Source of the DNA: Flavobacteriales bacterium
GTDB lineage: Bacteria; Bacteroidota; Bacteroidia; Flavobacteriales_F; PHOS-HE28
NCBI GenBank assembly: GCA_044346705.1
Contig: JBIIYP010000013.1
Coordinates: forward strand, 16,605 to 80,604
DNA: 64,000 bases
Direction of reading: 5' to 3'
Of the stretch, positions 10,401 to 18,705 are shown in pieces. The notes beneath the pieces are model-generated. The model was not told the origin of the DNA. It saw only the letters and a program-made list of their open reading frames with translations, and did no database searches. Within the stretch, counting starts at the first letter, position 1. Each line of letters begins with the position of its first letter. The position numbers were made by a program, and so were the translations under genes.

Positions 10401-10758
10401 CACGCCCAAACCCCTGCCGAACGCTGCGCAGGTATCACCCATCAACGGCATCGTTGCGCTGGACGTGAACAGCGACGGCCACTTGGACCTGGTCTGCGCC
10501 GGCAACCATTGGGGCGCAGAGGTGGAGACGGTGCGTTACGATGCCAGCATCGGCAGTGTCCTGTTGGGCAACGGCAAGGGGGATTTCCATGCGATGCCGG
10601 CCACCAGAAGCGGCTTCGTGGCCTGGGGCAACGTGAAGGACCTGGCACTGATCCAGCGCAACGGAAGGCGTACCGTGCTGGTGGCCAACAACAACGACGC
10701 CGTGCAGGCCTACGAACTGCGCGGCACCACGAAGCCTACTTCGACCGCTGCAAAGTGA
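7405..10758 (+). CDS. CRTAC1-family lipoprotein with FG-GAP/VCBS repeats and an ASPIC/UnbV domain
   Basis: It has a lipobox (LFLGAC), repeated DxNxDGxxD calcium-binding FG-GAP motifs, and ...LEVRWPNGTHS (ASPIC/UnbV signature). Confidence 0.75.
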   Translation: MWPAMDKLLTATATLLITLFLGACGTGDKSGDKTSSTSAGPLMQVVPAERSGITFNNTITESPEMNYFTYIYAYNGGGVAAGDINNDGLTDLYFTGNQVPDKLYLNKGGLKFEDITEQAIGTKAKEGWRTGVSMADVNGDGWLDIYVCRSGPTSDTALTRNLYYQNNGNGTFSERAHALGIADTTHSTQAAFFDADNDGDLDLYVMNHPPGRKLGLSNFAALKAIQDHTAPTDRFYRNEGGRFTESTYAADLQNYAYSLGLGIADIDQDGWSDIYEANDFDAPDLMYLNRTDGTFGERSQFRTRHTSNFGMGCDIADYNNDGLPDIMVLDMTADDHKRNKTNMGSMSPERFWANVRGGYFFQYMVNTLQLNNGNGTFSEVAQLAGVARTDWSWAPLFADLDNDGWKDLMITNGFKHDVRNNDYARGTYDKLKTGADFYGTLDLIPSTKLRNYLFRNNGDLTFADSSQAWGFTVPENSNGAAYADLDNDGDLDLVINNLDEVATVHENTATSRFPDRHWLRLKLTSGKSAALAAKAYVRHKGSLQYQELSPVRGYQSTVEPYLHFGLGSASTVDTLEVRWPNGTHSLLTGVKPDQLLTLDQKDGRPLPTAPAVQTLFTDVRSSLNADMVHVENAYDDFALEVLLPHKQSEQGPLLATADVNGDGREDVFMGGSYVKPASLWLQRADGGFEAARSQPWKQYTMQEQLGGVFFDADKDGDMDLVVLAGSNEADLREAAYTQRLYLNDGKGAYREVKDALSFVMTSAHSAAASDIDGDGDQDLFIGGRQTPAHYPFAPRSYLLINDGTGRFTDATQQLAPAVMGPGMVTGVRFADMDNDRDPDLVIAGEWMGIMVLLNEKGHFLDATVPAGLQGMKGWWSALTTADVNGDGRMDIIAGNLGWNSKFHGTAEHPVHIYWADFDDNGRHDIVLAKEKAGKQLPVRGRECSSQQCPRILQRFPTYQQFADADLTAIYTPEKLAGSLHLQATWMLSTVLLSNADGTFTPKPLPNAAQVSPINGIVALDVNSDGHLDLVCAGNHWGAEVETVRYDASIGSVLLGNGKGDFHAMPATRSGFVAWGNVKDLALIQRNGRRTVLVANNNDAVQAYELRGTTKPTSTAAK

Positions 10759-11770
10759 ACGAGAAGGTGGTGCCCTGGCCCTCTTCGCTCTTCACCACGA
10801 TGCTCTGATCGTGGGATTCAATGATGTGCTTCACGATGGCCAGGCCGAGGCCACTGCCACCTTCGTGGCGGGAACGGCTCATGCCCACGCGGTAGAACCG
10901 CTCGAAGAGCCGGGGCAGATGCTCCGGGCCGATGCCGATGCCGTCATCGGACACCTCGATCAGCACCTGGTCCTCCAACGGAAACGTGCGCACCTCGCAC
11001 AGGCCGCCGGACTTGCCGTAGTTGATGGCATTGGTGAACAGGTTGAGGAACACCTGTGACAGCCGGTCGCGATCAGCCTTCACCCAGACCGCTTCGTTCA
11101 ACTTCGAGACGATCCGCACACCCTTCTCGCGGGACTGCATCTCCACCTCGTCGATCAGCTCCTTCACCAGCGCAGTGAGGTCCATGCGGTCGATGGACAT
11201 CGCCATCACCCCGCTCTCCAGCTGCGTGATCATGTCCATGTCCTCCACGATCTTGATGAGCCGGTCCACACCATTGCTGGCGCGGTTCAGGAAGTCGCGG
11301 TTCACCCGGGGATCCTCCAGGCCGCCTTCGAGCAAGGTGAGGATGTAACCCTGGATGTTGAAGATGGGCGTCTTCAGTTCATGCGCCAGGTTGCCGATGA
11401 ACTCGCGCCGGAAGCGTTCCCGTTCCTTGAGCCCGGAGATCTCCGTGCTGCGCTGGTCCGCCCAGGCGCCCACTTCGCGGTCCAGTTCACCCAGCACATC
11501 CACGTCCGCGTCGGACCGGTCCGAACCTCCTTTGGCCATGCGGATGTCATGCACCGTGCGCAGGATCAGGCTCACGCGGGCCTGGATGAACCGCTGAACG
11601 AGATAGAGGCCTATCCCATAGGCGAAGCCTGCGGCCACCAAGGGGATGACGAACGCCACCGACCAGGGCCAGCTTCCCGCAAGGCCCATCAATACTGCGA
11701 GCAAGGCGGTCCCGGCAAGGGTCGCCAAGGCGATGAACAAAGCCGTACGACGAGGGGTAAGGGACCACAT
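10736..11770 (-). CDS. Sensor histidine kinase (two TM helices, HisKA plus HATPase_c); orphan, with no response regulator adjacent
   Basis: The H-box is FIGNLAHELKTPI and the N, G1 and G2 boxes are present (...NLFTNAINYG..., ...DDGIGIGPEHLPRLFERFYR, GGSGLGLAIVK). It overlaps the convergent upstream gene by 23 bp. Confidence 0.8.
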   Translation of the reverse strand: MWSLTPRRTALFIALATLAGTALLAVLMGLAGSWPWSVAFVIPLVAAGFAYGIGLYLVQRFIQARVSLILRTVHDIRMAKGGSDRSDADVDVLGELDREVGAWADQRSTEISGLKERERFRREFIGNLAHELKTPIFNIQGYILTLLEGGLEDPRVNRDFLNRASNGVDRLIKIVEDMDMITQLESGVMAMSIDRMDLTALVKELIDEVEMQSREKGVRIVSKLNEAVWVKADRDRLSQVFLNLFTNAINYGKSGGLCEVRTFPLEDQVLIEVSDDGIGIGPEHLPRLFERFYRVGMSRSRHEGGSGLGLAIVKHIIESHDQSIVVKSEEGQGTTFSFTLQRSK

Positions 11771-11894
11771 GCGCCGGCGAAGATATCGACCACGACATGC
11801 AGAACACCGTGTCCATCAGGGGTTTCAAAGCTGAGGCGCGCTTAACCTTCCAGCAACAACCAGGTGGTAATTTCACAGCCCCGCCTGCAGGCGC

Positions 11895-13589
11895 GTGCTC
11901 ATGCATTTCGGCATCCTCGAGTTCCTCATGTTGGCCGGTTCCCTGGCCCTCTTCATACATGGCATGAAGCTGCTGAGCGAAGGCCTGCAGAAGACCGCCG
12001 GAGGAGGCCTGCGACGGATCCTGGGGGCCATGACGGCCAACCCGTTCCGCGGGCTGCTCACCGGCTTCACCACCACGGCCCTGGTGCAGTATTCCTCGGT
12101 GACGACGGTGATGGTGGTGAGCTTCGTGAACGCCGGGCTCCTTTCCCTTCGCCAGTCCATTCCCGTGATCATGGGTGCCAATATCGGCACCACGCTCAAG
12201 GCGTTGCTTTTTGCTTCCGCTGGCGTGGCGAGCATGAAGCTATCCGTCGTGGCCCTGCCGATCCTGGGCATCGCCTTCCCGATGTTGTTCCTGAAGGGGG
12301 GACGGTTCAAGGCGGCCACCGAGATGTTGCTGGGCATCGCCCTGCTCTTCCTGGGTCTGGACCTGTTGAAGGAGAACGTGCCGCACTTTTCCGCCGATGC
12401 GCTGACCTTCCTGTCGGACCTCGGGGATAACGGCATTCTCAGCGTGCTTTTGTTCGTGGCGATCGGTGCGGTACTGGCGATCGCTGTACAGTCCAGCAGT
12501 GTGGCCTTGGCGCTCACCATGGCCATGTGCCAGAACGGGACCATTGGCTATGAGATGGCGGCCGCGATCGTGCTCGGCGAGAACATCGGCACCACGCTCA
12601 CCGCCAACATCGCGGCCATCGTGGCCAACGCCTGGGGAAAGCGCGCGGCACGGGCCCACTTCCTGATCAAGGTGATCGGCGTCGGTTGGGCTGTTCTGCT
12701 GTTCGGGCCCTACCTCGCCGGGATCGACCTCCTCGTTCAGGAATGGAACGGTGCATCCCCCTACACCAGCCCCAATGCCGTGCTCTGGGCGCTCACCTAC
12801 CTGCACATCTCCTTCAACGCGCTGAACACCGTTCTGCTCATCGGATTCCTGCCCTTCATTGAGCGCATCGTCACACGTATGGTGCGTTCCCGTGGGGAGG
12901 TGGATGAGGAGTACCGCCTGGAATACATCGAGGACCCGATGATGTCCCTAAGCCCCGAACTATCGCTGTTGGAGGCCCGCAAGGAGGTCCACAAGTTCGG
13001 ACGCCTCACCCAGAAGATGCATGGCATGGTCCGCGACCTGCTCATCGAGAAGGATGCCGCCGAACGCAGCCGCCTGCTCCTGCGCATCGCCAAATACGAG
13101 GACATCACCGACAGGATCGAAGTGGAGGTGAGCAAGTACCTCACCAAGACCGGTGCCGAGGCCCGCAACGAGGAGCTCAGCGAGCGCATCCGAGCCATGT
13201 TGTCCATCATCGGCGACCTGGAACGTGTGGGGGACATCCTGTTCCAGATGAGCAAGAGCGTTGAACGCAAGGTCGACGAACGCCTTTGGTTCAGCCCGGA
13301 GCAGCGACAGAACCTGCTCGAAATGATGCAGCTCCTGGAGAAAGCCTTCGAGGTCATGAACGAGAACCTCGGCATGGACGACGACACCGTGAAGCTCGAC
13401 GCCGCAACGGAGGCCGAGCAGCGCATCAACCAGCTCCGTGACCAGCTGCGGCGCACCCACCTGAAGAGCGTGGAGAGCGGCGACCACAACATCAAGAGCG
13501 GCATGGTCTATAGCGACCTCTTCAGCAGCTGCGAAAAGATCGGGGATCACCTGATCAACGTGAGCGAAGCGCTGGCCGGGGAGGTCTGA
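11895..13589 (+). CDS. Na+/phosphate cotransporter (NptA/YjbB family) with a C-terminal PhoU-like domain
   Basis: It has a multi-TM N-terminal half with the duplicated Na/Pi cotransporter motif, and a C-terminal coiled PhoU-like repeat (RIAKYEDITDRIEVEVSKYL...). Confidence 0.7.
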   Translation: MLMHFGILEFLMLAGSLALFIHGMKLLSEGLQKTAGGGLRRILGAMTANPFRGLLTGFTTTALVQYSSVTTVMVVSFVNAGLLSLRQSIPVIMGANIGTTLKALLFASAGVASMKLSVVALPILGIAFPMLFLKGGRFKAATEMLLGIALLFLGLDLLKENVPHFSADALTFLSDLGDNGILSVLLFVAIGAVLAIAVQSSSVALALTMAMCQNGTIGYEMAAAIVLGENIGTTLTANIAAIVANAWGKRAARAHFLIKVIGVGWAVLLFGPYLAGIDLLVQEWNGASPYTSPNAVLWALTYLHISFNALNTVLLIGFLPFIERIVTRMVRSRGEVDEEYRLEYIEDPMMSLSPELSLLEARKEVHKFGRLTQKMHGMVRDLLIEKDAAERSRLLLRIAKYEDITDRIEVEVSKYLTKTGAEARNEELSERIRAMLSIIGDLERVGDILFQMSKSVERKVDERLWFSPEQRQNLLEMMQLLEKAFEVMNENLGMDDDTVKLDAATEAEQRINQLRDQLRRTHLKSVESGDHNIKSGMVYSDLFSSCEKIGDHLINVSEALAGEV

Positions 13590-13690
13590 ACAAGTATCAA
13601 GTCACAAGTAGCAAGGGTCAAGGGTTCAATGCCCTTGTGACTTGACACTTGATACTTGTTACTTGAACCTTGACCCTTGGGTGTGCTCAG
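13590..13690. repeat. Heptad-periodic palindromic element: ~6 x CAAGNNN followed by ~7 x CTTGNNN, forming a long imperfect hairpin between convergent genes
   Basis: The sequence reads caagtat caagtca caagtag caagggt caagggtt caatgcc cttgtga cttgaca cttgata cttgtta cttgaac cttgacc cttgggt. Confidence 0.8.
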
Positions 13691-14199
13691 GGCACCACCA
13701 CCGCCTCCGTATACACGAGGTTGCTTTCGTGCAAGGCCCTGTCCACCAGCTTCACGCTGTAGCGGATGGTATCGCCGCTGGTGCCGGGCAAGGTGGGGTA
13801 CGGTTTCAACGCGACGGCGATCTCCCCTTCCAATGCCTTGTTCTGCCCCGTAGGCGTCACCACCGGAACGCGGTAGTAGAGCGGCAATGCGAATACGAAC
13901 GGGGGAGACCACACGTCATTCTCAAGCGTGTAATACTCCACGAAAAAATTGTGGTAATAGGTCTGCCCCGGGGCGAACGCGCCGGTCGTGTCGCCTTGTC
14001 CGAGGCCGATGTCGCCGTCGCCATCCGTGAACTTCACCACGATGGAGGCGGAATCACCGAACTGTTTGAACTCCTTGTAGCTGATCACGGGCTCCACGGG
14101 GAACTCCTCGGTCTTCAGGCAACCGGAAAGCAGGGTTCCGCACACGGCGGTGACCACGGCTAACTTGCGGGCGGTGCGGGCTGTTGGACGCATCAACAC
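13687..14199 (-). CDS. Hypothetical lipoprotein
   Basis: Signal and lipobox LLSGC. No recognisable catalytic motif. Confidence 0.4.
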   Translation of the reverse strand: MLMRPTARTARKLAVVTAVCGTLLSGCLKTEEFPVEPVISYKEFKQFGDSASIVVKFTDGDGDIGLGQGDTTGAFAPGQTYYHNFFVEYYTLENDVWSPPFVFALPLYYRVPVVTPTGQNKALEGEIAVALKPYPTLPGTSGDTIRYSVKLVDRALHESNLVYTEAVVVP

Positions 14200-14215
14200 A
14201 AAGGTAAGGCCTCCG

Positions 14216-15226
14216 ATGCACCCTCCCCTGCCCCCTCCCTACCAGGACCTGGCCGATCGGGTGTTCGCGGTAACGGATGCCGAAGCGTTCAACGCAGTGG
14301 CGCTCGACCTATTTCGTCTCCACGCCGCCCACAACCTCGTTTACCGTGGATTCCTGAAGGGATTGGGCACCACCGTCGAGGCGGTGGAACGCGTGGCCGA
14401 CATCCCCTGCCTGCCCATCGGCCTGTTCCGCAACCACCGCGTGTTGCTGGAAGGGCTGGAGCCTGCCGTCACCTTCACCAGCAGCGGCACCACAGGAGCC
14501 GTCACCAGCTCCCACCATGTGCCATGGCCTTCGCTGTACGAACGCTCCTTCCTCCGCTCGTTCGAAGCGGTATACGGCCCGGTGGCCGAATGGCGGATCC
14601 TGGCGGTGTTGCCCGCCTACCTGGAGCGCACTGGCAGCTCGCTGGTGTACATGGCCGAACAGCTCATCGCCCGTAGCGGCGATCCGATGAGCGGCACCTA
14701 CCTCTACCAGTACGATCGCCTGGCTGAATTGCTGAAGCAGAGCGAGGCCGAAGGGAAGAAGACCCTACTGTTGGGCGTCACCTTCGCGCTGCTCGACATC
14801 GCGGAACAGCACCCCATACCCCTGCGCCACACTACCATCATGGAGACCGGCGGCATGAAAGGGCGGAGACCGGAGCTGGTGCGCGATGAGCTGCATGCGC
14901 TCCTGAAGCAGGCCTTCAGTGTACCTGCCATCCACAGCGAATACGGCATGACGGAACTGCTGTCCCAGGCGTGGAGCACGGGTGAAGGGACCTACCGTTG
15001 CCCACCCTGGATGCAGGTGCTCGTGCGCGACCCCAACGACCCCTTCGAACGCCTCGGCACCGGTCGCACCGGCGGCGTGGACGTGATCGACCTTGCCAAC
15101 ATCGCCAGCTGCCCCTTCATCGCCACACAGGACCTCGGTCGGGTGGCCGCGGATGGCTCCTTCGAAGTGCTGGGCCGCTTCGACTTCAGCGACCTGCGCG
15201 GGTGCAACTTGTTGGTGGTGGAGTGA
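14216..15226 (+). CDS. LuxE-like acyl-protein synthetase / acyltransferase family protein
   Basis: A 337-aa protein from the internal ATG (MHPPLPPPYQ...). It has an adenylate-forming-like core (TSSGTTG..., ...ETGGMKGRR...) characteristic of the LuxE family. Confidence 0.5.
   Translation: MHPPLPPPYQDLADRVFAVTDAEAFNAVALDLFRLHAAHNLVYRGFLKGLGTTVEAVERVADIPCLPIGLFRNHRVLLEGLEPAVTFTSSGTTGAVTSSHHVPWPSLYERSFLRSFEAVYGPVAEWRILAVLPAYLERTGSSLVYMAEQLIARSGDPMSGTYLYQYDRLAELLKQSEAEGKKTLLLGVTFALLDIAEQHPIPLRHTTIMETGGMKGRRPELVRDELHALLKQAFSVPAIHSEYGMTELLSQAWSTGEGTYRCPPWMQVLVRDPNDPFERLGTGRTGGVDVIDLANIASCPFIATQDLGRVAADGSFEVLGRFDFSDLRGCNLLVVE
15169..15226. repeat. Direct repeat copy 1 (3' end of the luxE-like gene including its stop), partner at 16371..16427
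   Basis: gctgggccgcttcgacttcagcgacctgcgcgggtgcaacttgttggtggtggagtga compared with the copy at 16371 (2 mismatches). Confidence 0.85.
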
Positions 15227-15280
15227 GTGGCCAAAGTCTCTTTCCGCTGAACGCGCAGATGAGCCCTCCGGATCCGAGGA

Positions 15281-16033
15281 TCATCCTTTGAGGCGCATGG
15301 CCTGCCGCGCCACATCGACCAATTGCGGGTCGCCTTTGGCAAGCAAATAGAACTGAATGAACCAGTAGGGCATCTGTTGAAGGTCCCAGGACCATTGCTG
15401 GCCACCATCGCCCACCTTCATCTCTGCGAACATCACCGGCTCCTCCCCACTATTGTCGAACAAGAACGCGTGGTAGCACAGATCCAACGCAGGTACCAGT
15501 TGCTTCAAGGACCTCCAGTACCGTTCCATGATCTTCTCGGTTGGAACATCATGACCGCCTTGCTTGACCCTGGTCTTCACCCGGTCAATATTCATGAGCG
15601 GGGATTCCGTGGCCACGAAATAGAGGTAAACCTTATAGCCGTTCTTCCTAGCCTTGTCCATTACGGCCAACTTGGAGGAGTGGCTGAACACCGTTTCGAA
15701 CGAGAGCTTCTTGGCTCGTTTGATCAACAGGTGAACAATGTGCTGGGCAAGGAGCTGGGCATACCGTTGTGAGTCAACCGGTGCCTTGATCTTGAACACG
15801 TTCACACCCCAAGTCTGCCCTTTGCGGAACCAGAGCAGATCAGCGGGGCCTGGCAACAGACCACTGCTACGCGCGAATCGTTCGAAGACAAGCTTGTTGC
15901 TGTGGACCCCGAAATTCAGAAGGTTCAAGTGCTTGGTCGTGCGAAGGATCCGCTCGATCTCATCCGGGTTCACATACACGCCCATGTCCACCGGACGGCC
16001 ATTCACAAAAGCCTCTCGCACCTTGGTGTACAT
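15281..16033 (-). CDS. Zeta-toxin/COG4185-like P-loop kinase homologue with a degenerate Walker A (putative toxin or pseudo-toxin)
   Basis: The C-terminal region has ...KQGGHDVPTEKIMERYWRS and the N-terminal motif VNPDEI, typical of zeta-like kinases. The expected GxxGxGKS/T is replaced by GRPVDMG. Confidence 0.4.
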   Translation of the reverse strand: MYTKVREAFVNGRPVDMGVYVNPDEIERILRTTKHLNLLNFGVHSNKLVFERFARSSGLLPGPADLLWFRKGQTWGVNVFKIKAPVDSQRYAQLLAQHIVHLLIKRAKKLSFETVFSHSSKLAVMDKARKNGYKVYLYFVATESPLMNIDRVKTRVKQGGHDVPTEKIMERYWRSLKQLVPALDLCYHAFLFDNSGEEPVMFAEMKVGDGGQQWSWDLQQMPYWFIQFYLLAKGDPQLVDVARQAMRLKG

Positions 16034-16106
16034 GGTGCTCTATCCCCGAGCCGTTCGGACCAGCGAACACACGCAAGCGCAAGGTCTTGGCCATGCGGGA
16101 TCCAGC

Positions 16107-16328
16107 CTACGGCAACTTCACCGGCTCCAGACGCTGGACGCGTTTGGTCACCTTGCCGGCCTTGTTCACCATCACCAACCACCCGTCGCGCTCCACCATG
16201 ATGGTCTTTCGAACCGTAAAGGCCATCGCTTTGGCCTGTTTCGCCGCCTTCTTGAAGGCTGCATCCATCGCGCGACCTTCCGCGGTCGGTTTGCGAAGCG
16301 TCTTCAAAGCCTGCTTCTTGGTTGCCAT
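16107..16328 (-). CDS. Small basic protein (73 aa), putative antitoxin or partner of the downstream zeta-like gene
   Basis: It lies immediately upstream and co-oriented (74-bp gap) with the zeta-like ORF. There is no independent homology evidence. Confidence 0.3.
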   Translation of the reverse strand: MATKKQALKTLRKPTAEGRAMDAAFKKAAKQAKAMAFTVRKTIMVERDGWLVMVNKAGKVTKRVQRLEPVKLP

Positions 16329-16370
16329 GGTCCAAAGTTAAGGACGCCACTAATGCTTGAGGTGGACGCT

Positions 16371-16427
16371 GCTGGGCCGCTTCGACTTCAGCGACCTGCG
16401 GGGATGCAACTTGTTGGTGGTGGAGTG
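16371..16427. repeat. Direct repeat copy 2 of the luxE-like 3' end
   Basis: See 15169..15226. Confidence 0.85.
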
Positions 16428-16455
16428 AACGATCACCTCCCTGGCACGAGCAGCA

Positions 16456-17127
16456 CTACAAATGGTAGTAGTACAGGTTGCCCTCGAAGTTCGTGTCCAG
16501 GTTCGCCTTGCTATCGAAGAAGACCTGCTCCGTGGGAGCCTTGCAATACCCGAACTCATCATGCGCGGTGATCAACCGGGCATAGGCCGAGGCGATCACT
16601 GCATGTGAGCCATCGGAACTGCTCCGCAGCAGCTGGTCCTCCGTGTGGAAGAAGCAGGTAACGGTGCTTCCGAACCGATCGAACATCCAGACCCCATGCT
16701 CGGCGAACTGAACGACCAATGCGTCTATCTGCGCTTGTGGGATCCGCTGGTTGCATTCCGCCTTGGCGATGGGCTCGAACGCAGTGATGATCAGGAAGGG
16801 CTCGGAGCCGGTGCTTCCTGATGAAGGACCAACGGGCAACTGTGCGATCGCGCTCGCGTGGAAGGCCTTCCATATCCTGGCTTCCTTGGCGCCATCGATC
16901 TGCAGCGGACCTGACCAAAAGCCCGCCGCTTCGGCATAGCGTTCGAAGACCACCATCAACCTGGCCCGGCCGGCCGTTGCGACCCACTCGTAAAGGATGT
17001 TGAGCGGCCGCATGCCGAACTCCTGTTGGAGCCGATCCGCCAATTCGGACCCCGGCACGCCCATGCGATCAAGTCCCTGCTTGATCCGTTTCGTGGCTTG
17101 ATAATCCGGGTCGGAAGGAACGATCAT
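16456..17127 (-). CDS. Hypothetical protein (223 aa), downstream of tyrS
   Basis: An ORF with coding-like composition. No recognisable motifs. Confidence 0.35.
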   Translation of the reverse strand: MIVPSDPDYQATKRIKQGLDRMGVPGSELADRLQQEFGMRPLNILYEWVATAGRARLMVVFERYAEAAGFWSGPLQIDGAKEARIWKAFHASAIAQLPVGPSSGSTGSEPFLIITAFEPIAKAECNQRIPQAQIDALVVQFAEHGVWMFDRFGSTVTCFFHTEDQLLRSSSDGSHAVIASAYARLITAHDEFGYCKAPTEQVFFDSKANLDTNFEGNLYYYHL

Positions 17128-17160
17128 GCGTTCTCGATCAGCGAAGGGCCATGTCCTCGC

Positions 17161-18438
17161 TTACACCACCTTCACCAGGAAGTAACTCTTCTTCCCCCGC
17201 TGCAGCAGCACGAAGCGCTCGCTCAGCAGGTCGGAAGCGTTCACCACGCGGTCCTCGGCGGCCTTGGTGCGGTTCACGGCGATGGATCCTTCCTTCAGGG
17301 CGCGTTTCGCTTCGCCCTTGCTGGGCAGAAAGCCGGTGTGGTCCGTGAGCAGATCGATGATGCCGATGCCTGAGGTGAGCGCGCTGCGCGGCACTTCGGC
17401 CTGGGGCACACCGTCGAACACCTCCAGCAGTTGCTTCTCGCTGAGTTGGCTCAGCCCGTCCGTGGCATTGCTGAAGAGGATCTCGCTCGCACGGAGGGCG
17501 GCGTCCTTCTCAGCTTCCCCATGCACCAGCCTGGTGATGAACGCCGCCACCTCCTTCTGCAATTTGCGTCGTCCGGGATCCTTGGTGTGCTCGGCGATCA
17601 GAGCTTCGCATTCCTCCTGGGTCCAGTGCGTGAAGATCTTCGCGAAGCGCGCGGCCTCATCGTCCGAAGCGTTCAACCAGAACTGGTAGAACTTGTAAGG
17701 GCTGGTGCGCGCGGCATCGAGCCACACGTTGCCGCCCTCGCTCTTGCCGAACTTGCTGCCATCGCTCTTGGTGAGCAGTGGCGTGGTCACAGCGAAAGCC
17801 TCACCCCCTTCCATGCGGCGGATGAGCTCCGTACCCGTGGTGATGTTGCCCCATTGGTCGCTGCCTCCCATCTGCAAGCGACACCCGAGCTGCTTGTAGA
17901 GGTGCACGAAGTCGTAGCCCTGCACCAGCTGGTAGCTGAACTCGGTGAAGCTGATGCCGCTCTCCATGCGGTTCTTCACACTGTCCTTGGCCATCATGTA
18001 GTTCACGGTGATGTGCTTGCCCACTTCGCGGATGAAGCGGAGGAAGCCCATGTCCTTGAACCAGTCGTAGTTGTTGACGAGCTGCGCGGGGTTGGTGGGG
18101 CTGTTGAAATCGAGGAAGCGCTCCAGCTGGGCCTTGATGCAGGCCTGGTTGTGGCGGAGGGCGTCCTCATCCAGCAGGTTGCGTTCAGCGCTCTTGCCGC
18201 TGGGGTCGCCGACCATGCCGGTGGCGCCGCCAACGAGCGCCACGGGCTTGTGACCGCAACGCTGGAAGTGCACCAGGATCATGATCTGCACCAGGTTGCC
18301 CACGTGCAGGCTGTCCGCCGTGGGGTCGAAGCCGATGTAGCCGAGGGCCGGGGCCTGCTTCAGGTGGTCGGCGGTTCCGGGCATGCTGTCGTGCAGCAGT
18401 CCGCGCCAGTTCAGTTCGTGCAGAAAGTCGGTGGGCAT
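17161..18438 (-). CDS. tyrS: Tyrosine--tRNA ligase
   Basis: It has a HIGH-like motif (LHVGNL), a KMSKS-like motif (KFGKSEG) and a C-terminal S4 domain. The start is taken at the internal ATG ([11 protein letters not shown]...). Confidence 0.85.
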   Translation of the reverse strand: MPTDFLHELNWRGLLHDSMPGTADHLKQAPALGYIGFDPTADSLHVGNLVQIMILVHFQRCGHKPVALVGGATGMVGDPSGKSAERNLLDEDALRHNQACIKAQLERFLDFNSPTNPAQLVNNYDWFKDMGFLRFIREVGKHITVNYMMAKDSVKNRMESGISFTEFSYQLVQGYDFVHLYKQLGCRLQMGGSDQWGNITTGTELIRRMEGGEAFAVTTPLLTKSDGSKFGKSEGGNVWLDAARTSPYKFYQFWLNASDDEAARFAKIFTHWTQEECEALIAEHTKDPGRRKLQKEVAAFITRLVHGEAEKDAALRASEILFSNATDGLSQLSEKQLLEVFDGVPQAEVPRSALTSGIGIIDLLTDHTGFLPSKGEAKRALKEGSIAVNRTKAAEDRVVNASDLLSERFVLLQRGKKSYFLVKVV

Positions 18439-18629
18439 GGGGGGAAATGCGGGTTGCGAAGGTAGACAGCGGACAGGAGGCAGGGAGCAGCCGCAGTGGC
18501 CAGGAAGAGAGGAACCACCGATGGACACAGATGAACACAGATACTGATAAGAGCTGGCTGCCGGACCTACGCCCGTGGCTCGTGGCTCAGGGCTCGCAGC
18601 CAAAAGCGAAGGAAACAAGCTCTGCTGCC

Positions 18630-18680
18630 GAAAAGCCTTTTCACTTGACCCTTGTCACTTGCGTGTTGTCACTTACCACT
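18630..18680. repeat. CTTGNNN heptad array (cttgacc cttgtca cttgcgt gttgtca cttacca cttctcc), related to the element at 13590..13690
   Basis: Read directly in the tyrS/epimerase divergent intergenic region. Confidence 0.6.
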
Positions 18681-18705
18681 TCTCCCCTCGCCCTACCTTT
18701 CCCCG

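Noticed and set aside
18440-18705. Possible tRNA or small RNA in the 267-bp tyrS/epimerase intergenic region
   Set aside because: No cloverleaf-compatible sequence and no GTTCGA/TΨC-like box. The region contains heptad repeats instead.
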